Shown piece by piece: positions 54,389 through 64,000 of a stretch of 64,000 nucleotides of DNA; the stretch's first letter is position 1, and each line of letters starts with the position of its first letter. The notes beneath the pieces are model-generated. The model was not told where the DNA came from and did no database searches. It saw only the letters and a program-made list of their open reading frames with translations. The stretch lies in the NCBI GenBank assembly GCA_051294905.1, contig CM119377.1, positions 10,664,001-10,728,000 on the forward strand. The letters run 5' to 3'. The stretch is from Botryllus schlosseri. Its lineage: Eukaryota. The translations under genes were made by a program, and so were the position numbers.

Positions 54389-55913
54389 CAGTGGCGTAAC
54401 ATTGTGCTGCCGCCCATGGCTTTCGTTGAAAGTGCCCCCCTCCCCCCTCAAGTAGACTGCAGCAAATTTCGACATAGTTTCATGTTCAAGCAATCTTTAC
54501 AACAAAAATAATTACAAATAATATGCCGCGTCTCAGAAGTCTTATACTGCTTGAGAAAGAACCACACCGTCTCAGCGTTTAGACCGAAAATATTAAAGAC
54601 AAGAAATAGTGAACGAATGTTTTAGGCAAAAAAATCAATAGCCGCCTTAAAACTGAACTTTTCGGGCTTTCGCCGAAGCGATATCAGCGACAATATCCTC
54701 AAAATCAAGTTTTTGAACGTAGTCTCTTTCTATAGAAAGAATGGATAGAGCTGATAGCCGATCATCATTCACTTTATCAGTTTGAGCTTTGAGAAGCTCC
54801 TCTCACAGCTTGCAATTGCTACACCAATGGTCAGACAAAGTTTCAGACACGAGCATAAATATGGTGTCTTATCAAGTATAGGTGATGCGATTTACCTATA
54901 ACCACTCTTAAAACATCAAACGCTGTTGCATCACCATCAAACGTGCATCAAACTGCTCCGCACCAGCCTCTTATCAATATCAATAATGAATAATATTAGA
55001 TTATAATTTCATCTGAACAAGACACCCACAATGTACAATGAGATAAGACGCAATGCGATGTAATGATCAGATAGGAGGTTGCCGAACGACCGGTTGCGTT
55101 TGGAGTAGCGGTCTCTTGAACTGGCATCCACCTTGGCCTCGCGGCACTATCCCGATTACACAGTTCTTTTTTCGATGTTATAGTCTCTATTCCGCGGTCT
55201 TTTGGTCTTTCTCCAATCCTTGTGAGTGCGCTCTTTCATCGGGGCCCTTTCTGGGCTTTTTTGTCGCCGTAAGAACGGCGACGCGGGAAGAGGATCCCAG
55301 AATAACCTCTGACTCAGAATCGACCATGGCCGCTTGGACGGTAGGCGTTCATCGTCACAACTACGCTATCTCCCCGCTAACTCAGATTTAACAATACTGA
55401 TTTTATCGAAAGCTATTGTTGCCTTGATTCAAGAAATAGGCTACAATTTAAAAGCTGGTCAGGGCAACGGAACTACCCCGAAATAGCCATCAAAGTCTGA
55501 ACATTGGCATTCTTACGAATAATCGCTCGATATAATTACCATTGCCAAGGTTATTGTGGCGCGGTTCTGTATAATCGCTCGATATAATTTCCATTACCAT
55601 GGTGAATTGCTGGTTATGGTCATTGTGGTGTGGCGCTCCGATTGTTCGGAAATATCGTCCTTGACGGCTATTTCGGAATGGTTCAATTGTCATGCTCATT
55701 GCTCACATTATAATTTGTGTTTTCGGAATCAGTGCGACACCAGCTTTCGATGGAGACCAGTTTTATTAAATTTTAGCTCTCTGGTCGCTAGCGTTAGGAC
55801 TACCAATTACGCTGCTTTTAGCTGGCTGTGTGCACTGTGTGTGTTGCCTAATTTTGCCGCCCCCTTGGAGCCTGGCGCAGAGCCATAACCGCCAAGTGGC
55901 TGCTACGCCACTG
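54389..55913 (-). mobile_element. 1525-bp non-autonomous hAT transposon
   Basis: TIR CAGTGGCGTAAC / GCTACGCCACTG; perfect 8-bp TSD CATAGAAT (54381-54388, 55914-55921); retains a transposase C-terminal relic. Confidence 0.95.
54647..54880 (-). pseudogene. hAT transposase C-terminal dimerization-domain fragment (frameshifted)
   Basis: PYLCSCLKLCLTIGVAIASCERSFSKLKLIK, frameshift, NDDRLSALSILSIERDYVQKLDFEDIVADIASAKARKVQF*. Confidence 0.88.
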
Positions 55914-56232
55914 CATAGAATATAACGGAGCACTTTATTGGCTCAAGTTTACGCTTAAGTTTACGTAAATGAGTTAATGTTCTCTGATACCAATGTAGTG
56001 AATGTTATGAGTAATATGGACGCAAACCAGATATTATTCTCATACGGAGCCGGGCAGAATCAGGATATTTCTACGGAAGCGCGGAAATTTTCAATATTTT
56101 CAAATGGCCAATTTTCAATGCCGAATGCAACCTCGTGGGCTGTGATATATAAAATTGTATCTTTTCGATTCATAGCACATTTCATCACACAACTTGAACT
56201 ATTGATTACTAGGTTAGTAATCTATACTTGAA

Positions 56233-56282
56233 CAAAGTCACTCAACTATGACATAGTTGAGTGTCATAGTTGAGTGACTTTG
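56233..56282. mobile_element. 50-bp micro-insertion: perfect 20-bp TIRs, 10-bp spacer, 8-bp TSD
   Basis: TACTTGAA-CAAAGTCACTCAACTATGAC-ATAGTTGAGT-GTCATAGTTGAGTGACTTTG-TACTTGAA. Confidence 0.85.
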
Positions 56283-57152
56283 TACTTGAACAGCTTCGTT
56301 GTTGAGTTCGATAATCAATTTGATTCCACGGGCGATGGCGCTAGCGGTCAGATTAATTTTGTACCCTTTTGTTACTGCTGTCTCGATAGCAATTCATCTC
56401 TCGCACATCGAGCGGATTGTCGGACAGTTCTCAAACTTACATAAACTTGATCCATATCAGAGCTGGCCCGGTAGATGAAATATCAGGATCAGCAAATCAG
56501 AATGAAAATTAACACATATATAGAGGGCAGGATTCAGCTAACTTTTGTACTGCGATTCGTATGGTTATCACAGTTACCTCTACTACCGAAGACACTGCTC
56601 CTGGGTTAGGGATAAGTATAATATTATGAATATAAAGATATGTAAATTCTCAGCAATCTCGAAATCTAAACAAAACCTGCCTGAAGCCCCAGGTCCAATA
56701 GCTCAGTGGTCTGGTCAGTGTTGTTTCTTGCTGTTCACCGAAGTGGAACAGCATTCTGATATAGGAAGATGAAACATGACAACCGAAGTGACTTTTCTCT
56801 AGTTTACCGGTGTCCGCCCTTGTATTGATATATAATACGTTTTGTTGCTGATAATGGTCATGCGATCACCTGATAATTCTCGTGATTATTTACATCTAGA
56901 TTTAACATATTGCCTCTTTTTACGAAGTACCGGTAATCGTAGGGGTAAGCTTAAACTATACCTTCGAGACGAAGTTCATGATCGTGTGCGGAATACTGAA
57001 TGAGAATCGGTGACGTTTTACATAACCTAGAAAAAACAATGACAAGTTCGAATATTTTAATAATTGATTCAACTCCCGTACTTTCATGTTGTTATCCATA
57101 TTTATAGGAGTGTGAAATTCTTCAAGATCTTGCATTGGCCGGTGCTCAGGTC

Positions 57153-60100
57153 ATGAACTCCCCCAAAGTTACAAGCAATGGAAATGAAAATATCACTCAC
57201 CGTTCAAAGAACGAAAAGCCATCTGGTGATATTGTTGAAAGAAGGTATTCGAAGCAAATTGCTGCCAAGACACTGAGTGAAATGTATAGTCCTCGTAAGT
57301 GCTTGTTCATGTTCATGGTTTGATTACAATTGAAGTGCTAATTAAGTTTGTTCCAAGGGTGAGATTGAAATTATGGCGCGTCTTTGATAGAACTTCTATA
57401 ACCACCTATCATCAGTCTTCTTCATGAATGTGCATAAATTCAGGTTATTTCACATTATTATCAGTGATTTTCCCAACTATACCGGTACTCACTACTCAAT
57501 ATATGCACATTAAGGACATGCATCTACAGATTCGAAATTGTGCCTTTGTTTGTTTTAAATACAAGGACTGAAGACCAACATTACGACGTTCCCATATTCA
57601 GGACAAAGACGTTTGCGAATATAGGCCTACAATAAATTCAACACCCGATTTCGCACATTCGTTTATGACAGTGGTTCATAACTGGGAACGAATACCCCCT
57701 GGGACTTGATTTCACAGAAACTAGATTTTGTTTTAATTTTCGTAGTTATACTTACAAGGACTCTGGATGTACTGAATACTCTGATGGATTTTAGTGGAGT
57801 GCATACTGTATACATAGTTCATACAGTGTTGAGGCCTGCCATGTTTTACACAGTGTTATTAAGTAATTCATGAATTGCAAGGCATAGAAAAATCAATATC
57901 AATTGCTTGAAGTTTGATGAACATTCTGTATTGATTTTTTATCGAGCACTAAATTACGTGCTAGACATTAATGATCATGTGTGCTATGGGCTGGTGATTT
58001 TTCATGACTACATCTCTTTGCAAGCCCGCTATTTGCAACATTTCAGGCCCCGTGCATATATTCAGATATCGCAGGTATCACTACTGTGGATATACTCAGA
58101 TATCGCAGATATCATTGTGGATATACTCAGATATCGCAGATATCACCAGAAACCGCAGACATCGAGGTCATATAAAGGTCACGCTTCGTTTAGAGCGCAG
58201 ATATCACGACTTAAGCATGTCTAGGTCGATTCAGTGCGCAGATATCAGGTCCGGACCATGCCTGGGGGAATTATGTGCGCAGATATCAGCTTTGGAGCAT
58301 GTCCGGATAAAAATAATACGCAGATATCAGGTCTGGACCATACCTGGGCTCTTTTGGTGCGCAGATATCAACTCCGGAGCATATCTGGATTTAACCAGTG
58401 CGCAGATATCAGCTCCGGAGCATGTCCGAATAAAAATAGGGTGCAGATATCATGTCTGGACCATGCCTGAGTTCTTTTGATGTGCAGATATCAGCTCCGG
58501 AGCATGTCCGGATACATATGGTGCGCAGATATCAGCTCCTATATGAGCATTGAACATATGATGCCCTAACCAGTGCGCAGATATCAGGTTTGGCGTCTTT
58601 TTCATGCGCATATGTTAGCTTCGGAGCATGTCCGGATACAATTAGAGCGTTGCGACGGTCAACTTAATCGAATACGCAGGTAGGCCTAGTCGAAAAACAT
58701 GGTGAATACTGTTTAAACAGCTAAATGAGAAACTCCGACCATTTGCTCTTTGTTCGGCCCACGCATTAGCACGAAATCCGAGCTTCGTCGGATTCTTCGG
58801 GAATAGTATATATTGGTAGATAATCCGAGAATTATCAACGAAAAACTCAAATACCGCCGCTTCTACTTTTTGGAATTGATTCAAATTTGTTTTGCATCGT
58901 CTGTGAAGAAAACTGAACAATTTCTGGGGGTTGACAGGAAAATTTGAAATTTTTTTAAACATTTTTTCTAATAAATTAAAAACTTTAATTGGCTCTGCGG
59001 TGGCTTATATACTTGTTAGAATTGAACCAAATTTGGTGTGCAACGTTTTTTAGGGTAACCTGACAATTTAATCAGTGAATGGCTGGAATCCGAAAAAAGG
59101 GTTATTTTTGAACGACACTGTACTCATGACACACAAAACCTTAAAGTACCTCAGATTTAAACCGCGGTATAAATACAGCTAGTAGCCTAGCCTACAACAT
59201 TTTAATCCAAATTCTGCATGCTCGTAGTAACGTAGAATGGTATGCACGTATAGGCACGTAGGATTTATGACCGCTCTATAATTCTTAGTTAGGTTATGTT
59301 TTCTTGTACCACTCTTCTCCGCCCTTCAGGTGTGAATACACACTCTTTTCGCAAGGAGTGTGAGGCTATTTGAACATTTATCATGACAATTATTCTTATA
59401 AACGTGATAGAAACATGTGCCAATACTACTCTCTACTTTAGAAAATCCAAAGTGTAAAAAAGTATTATTATTTCCTAAAAATTTTTTCAAGTAGAATTGG
59501 ATGTAGTACAAAGACATATAACCACTAGAGCAGGGGTGTGAAACATACGACCAGACGATTTTATCCAGCCCGCGAAAAAATTCCGAGTTGATGGAAAAAT
59601 GCTTGTATTATCCTGCATATTTCTAACAAATGTTGATATTTTTAGTACGTGAAACTTCTATTAACTAATCCCTCAATGCAACAAAGGTCAAGTGCATACG
59701 CCACATTTTAACAATTATTTTGTGGTTTAACTCTAGCAGTATTAGCAAAAATTCGGTGACATTGACATGCAATTCCTGGAAGCCAAAATGGAGAACACTG
59801 AGTTCAGAGTTTTATGGAAAAATTGACCTAGAATTTGTTATTCACAGAAGCGAAAACTCCGATGTGAAATCGTTGCATGCATGAATATATGGAGAATATA
59901 GTAGTTACAAAAATGTCATTCAAATATAGCTGCGTTCGCACTACTGCATCACTTCTGACTGAAAAGGCTCCCGACCACCAGAGGAAAACGAATCGCGATT
60001 TAAATGGACCGAATTACAACGGCCACGTCTACAGTTAAATCTCTTGTATTCCTCCCAACGTATACGCAGAGTTACCGCTAGATTACAACTGAAACAAGGG

Positions 60101-63100
60101 GATTATAGAAATATGCTTATATCGTCGTAAGAGCCCCTGTTTTGGTTTGTAACTATATTCAACCAGTCAATATTTGTATTTTTGCAAATTTCATTGTTTG
60201 CGAATAAACGTGTCGCTTGAATAGAACCCCAAATCCCTTATGTTCTGAAGGTTTGAATGCGGCCCCGCGAAACAACTTGAGTTTGACACCCCTGCACTAG
60301 AGTAGCCTAAGTGATGCAAGCAGGCAAAATCTGCCTGAGGACTCCAAAATAACTGTAAGTGGTCTGTTACTGGTCAGCTCTGACCAGTGACCAGGCCTGA
60401 CCATTTCTATCCAGACGACATGATGTGGAGTTGATATCGACCAAAGAAATACCCTTAGGCATGGCCCAAACCTGACATCTGCGCAATGATTGTATCCAGA
60501 CATACTCTGGGTCTGATATCTGCGTATCGTTTGGCGTCAGACATGCTGCGGACTTGATATCTATGCAGGAAACAGCGCCAGGTATGGTCTAGACCTGATA
60601 TCTGCGCACTATTTGTATTAGGACATGCTCCGGAGCTGATATCTGCGCATCAAAAGAATCCAGGTGTGGTCCAGACCTGATATCTGCGCACTATTTGTAT
60701 TCGGACATGCTCCGGAGCTGATATCTGCGCACCAAAAGAATCCAGGTATGGTCCAGACCTGATATCTGCGCACTATTTGTATTCGGACATGCTCCGGAGC
60801 TGATATCTGCGCACCAAAAGAATCCAGGTATGGTCCAGACCTGATATCTGCGCACTGGTTAAGGCCAGATATTCTCCGTAGTTGATATCTGGGCATCTGG
60901 TTAGGGCATTATATGCTCAATGCTCATATATGAGCTGATATCTGCGCACTAGGGTTGTCCAAAATTTGGAAAATCTCAAAAAGTCTCCGTGATTGTGTCT
61001 CATTCTATAGATTATTGATAAAAAACAACAATTAGCCTGAAAGAAGCTTACAGGAAGGCCGTTAAGATTTCGGTCAAAGCGTTTAAAAGTAGCTGCTCAA
61101 GAATGGGCCACCCCTCCACCTAAATTATATTCACAGATACTTTCGTGAAATCATACTCGTCACTCCGTATCCACTGCGCGCGAAGCGCGACGAAAATTCT
61201 GTGCTTTACTAAACTTTTATGAAAATTAAATGTTAACACTCCTAGAAAACAGCTCCGAAATTCCTCAGGCTATCTCCCTGATTGTAAGATTGAACTACTT
61301 CTACTTGACAAACTGAAAATAGCGAAAAGTAAGTAAGTAGATCACAAAATATTAAGAAGTAGAAGTAGCAAAAATCAGATCTACTTGAGTAAGTACCAGA
61401 AGTAGAGGAAAACTACTTGAGTACTTCGAAAAAGTAGAAGTACTTCGTTACTGACCACCTCTGGTATTCACTGATGGTGGATCCGTACTGAAACGGTGAA
61501 TTCGCTCAACACTTGCATAAGCGCCTTTGCTTTGTCTCGATGAAAACACGACATGTAGGCTTCAGCCGTTTCCTTCACAATGAAGCAGTCATGCTGTAAA
61601 AGCTTCTGTGAAGCAGGTGTTGTTTGTTCATCATGTATTTCGTACCTCAACATGTCCTGAATTAATCTTAAATCATCACCTGCCAAACTACTAACAATGC
61701 GCACTCAGAATCCCCGCCGGTAGCAGACTTCTTGAACTCCTGATCAGCAAGCTGCTGCTGCCGTGGTCATTGAAGCATAGCCAATTAGCCAATCAAGAGC
61801 CGTGGTTATTTGATTACTAGTCTTCTCGCCGTTCTGTGGTCAGTGGCACGCCCATTCTTGAGCAGCTACTTTCAAGCGCTTTGACCGAAATCTTAACGGC
61901 TTTCCTGTAAGCTTCTTTCATGCTAATTGTTGTTTTTTATCAATAATCTATAGAATGAGACACAATCACGGATACTTTTTGAGATTTTCCAAATTTTGGA
62001 CAACCCTACCGCGCACCATTTGTATCCGGATATGCTCCGAAGGTGATATCTGCGCACCAAAAGAGCCGAGGTATGGTCCAGACCTGATATCTGCGCACTA
62101 TTTTTATCCGGACATGCTGCCGAGCTGATATCTACGCACAAAATTCCCCCAGGCATGGTCCGCACCTGATATGTGCGCACTATTTGTATCCGGACATGCT
62201 CCGAAGGTTATATCTGCGCACCAAAAGAGCCCAGGTATGGTCCAGACCTGATATCTGCGCACTATTTTTATCTGAACATGCTCCGGAGCTTATATCTGCG
62301 CACAAAATTCCCCTAGGCATGGTCCGGACCTGATATCTGCGCACTGAATCGTCCTAGACGTGGTTAAAACATGATATCTGCACTCTAAACGAACCGTGAC
62401 CTTCATATGACCTCGATGTCTGCGGTTTTTGGTGATATCTGAGTATATCCACAATGATATCTGCGATATCTGAGTATATCCACAGTAGTGATATCTGCGA
62501 TATCTGAGTATATCCACGGGGCCACATTTCATCTTTCTTGACACAAGATATTTTATTCACAGAAAAGCGACTTCAAGAATGGATTTGTGTTATACTCTGT
62601 GGAAACCTGATGTTGTTTAATTTACTTCACCTCATTTTCTATTTTCGAATTGACACTCTTCATATCATGATTTTATCCAGCTGTGAGTATAGTCTGCTTT
62701 TTCATCACATAACAATAGTTGACTATCTCTACTCTAAACCAGCAGTTATTTGATGATGTCAATTGGCTGGATTATTTAGACTAGAAAATCTGCATACCAT
62801 TTTGCCATATCAATATTTGAGCGTAAAAATGAACTTATTGTGACTCTGCAAAGAACTGTTACCGGTATCTATTTTCAAATCTACATTGTGATAAGAATGG
62901 TAGTAGCTTTGTTATGGTGAAGTAAAGAAACAACATTATTAAAGTTAGAAAAATAGCATACATCTCCTTTACGGGCTTTTTACTTATTTTGCCATGCATC
63001 GATCCGATTTTAATAGCCTTCTGAAAAGGCATACGCACAAGCAGAGGTGGGAAGTAACAATTTACTTCTACTTTTTCAGAATTCTCAAATAATTTTATTT

Positions 63101-63629
63101 ACTTTTACTACTTAAGTAATTATGTTTTAGACTACTTCGCACTTCTACTTCAGCAGTTCTCAGGCAAATATACTTGCTGTTACTCTATAAGGATTTTGGG
63201 ATATTTTATGAAGGAAATGGTCATAGCAAGTGTGCGAAAATTCACCATTTGTAGTGTCTTTCGTCATTTTGTGTTAGTCGCAAAGATGCACACTGTAATT
63301 CCGGAAGTAGCCGCCTCTGATTACCTGCAATACTTAATGCTAAATATCTACCTTTAAAACGTTTTGAGTACAATATTGATGTCTTTGTACAGTGGCGGGA
63401 ATTCTCACTGCGGACTTTGCTTCTGGGCTGGTACATTGGGCGGCGGACACTTGGGGTTCCGTCAGCATTCCTATAGTAGGCCGGGCCTTTATCCGCCCGT
63501 TTAGAGAGCACCACATTGATCCCACCGGCATCACAAGGCACGATTGGGTGGAGGCTAACGGAGATAACTGCATGTTAACGGTTATTCCATTAGCTATCAT
63601 GGCAAGGAACTTTCTCATGTTACCTGAAG
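57153..63629 (+). CDS. PEDS1: Plasmanylethanolamine desaturase PEDS1 (TMEM189/Kua); coding exons 57153-57294, 62563-62682, 63393-63629; continues beyond the window
   Basis: ...[11 protein letters not shown]/(Q)[12 protein letters not shown].../[60 protein letters not shown]; His-box motifs of the TMEM189 family; all junctions phase 1. Confidence 0.95.
59531..60294. mobile_element. 764-bp hAT-Charlie/Buster-type MITE nested in the foldback spacer
   Basis: CAGGGGTGTGAAAC...GTTTGACACCCCTG; perfect 8-bp TSD CACTAGAG, resembling the NTCTAGAN target preference of Charlie/Buster elements. Confidence 0.93.
60585..60860 (+). repeat. 82-bp higher-order repeat (two alternating 41-bp monomers with GATATCTGCGCA core) in the foldback right arm
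   Basis: TCTGCGCACT recurs at 60601, 60683 and 60765; the array resumes at 62010-62345; inverse array at 58215-58640. Confidence 0.92.
60950..62008. mobile_element. Chimeric deletion derivative of the 1227-3816 hAT foldback family, nested in the foldback right arm
   Basis: TAGGGTTGTCCAAAATTTGG...CCAAATTTTGGACAACCCTA; TSD CTGCGCAC/CCGCGCAC (7 of 8); 159 bp of left arm + 354 bp of the AGAGGT family + about 545 bp of right arm. Confidence 0.9.
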
Positions 63630-64000
63630 GTAGGTGACTTCGAATTCCATTTACGTAGGTAGGTTAGTGCTTCTTTATATTGTAATGCCGTATTGGAATT
63701 GTGGATTGTTCGAATACTAGTAATGTCTCCCGATTCATTATGGAATTAGCGATTGTGGCCAGTATAATCGTATAAATCATGTCAAATGTGTAATATAAGT
63801 AATCAATGGGACTGCTTTGAACTGAGGCTTGTGCCTCCGCGTTATGTAGATATAAGCATATGCATGTACAACGGTATTTTATGATACATATTTTCAGTGA
63901 GTGATGCATCATATATCACGTTCTAGTACCTTTCTAGTGTTATTCATACTGGCTCTATTTAACATGTCGGGGGAAATCTTGCCTGTCATTTCCCTGCTTG

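Larger units (their letters stand above)
58046..62523. mobile_element. 4.5-kb foldback element with long modular TIRs built of tandem repeats, filling most of PEDS1 intron 1
   Basis: Ends GGCCCCGTG(C/G)ATATA(T/C)TCAGATATCGCAG on both sides; perfect 8-bp TSD ACATTTCA (58038-58045, 62524-62531); arms about 58046-58640 and 60450-62523. Confidence 0.9.

Noticed and set aside
58004-62560. ORFs across the GATATC/TGCGCA arrays, and CRISPR-like appearance
   Set aside because: ORFs are translations of tandem repeats; monomers abut with conserved, not unique, spacers; eukaryotic context with no cas genes.

Overview
Intron-rich animal genomic DNA (standard GT-AG introns; Spire is metazoan and rolling stone is typical of invertebrates; the repeats and CpG mosaic look ascidian or other invertebrate-deuterostome-like, but species cannot be fixed). 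Genes reconstructed by hand: (1) a divergent beta-tubulin on the minus strand (5 coding exons, 6503->704, 3' end outside the window); (2) head-to-head with it, a complete Spire actin nucleator on the plus strand (15 coding exons, 8773-37790, about 813 aa: KIND, 4 WH2, Spir-box, modified FYVE); (3) two exons of a rolling-stone-like membrane protein (49885-52384); (4) the first three coding exons of PEDS1/TMEM189 (57153-63629). Introns and intergenic DNA are packed with DNA-transposon derivatives: hAT MITEs with verifiable TSDs, two multi-kb foldback elements, a dead two-gene PIF/Harbinger, Helentron-like short elements and a probable solo LTR. Two observations stand out. First, four ultra-short (19, 34, 36, 50 bp) palindromes are each flanked by exact 7- or 8-bp direct repeats; their geometry (17+17 bp in one case) matches P-element-type excision footprints or micro-transposons. 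Second, an in-frame, phase-compatible exon in Spire intron 2 encodes a two-helix hydrophobic segment and could make a membrane-anchored, KIND-less Spire isoform. All counts and alignments were done by eye; no database search was possible.
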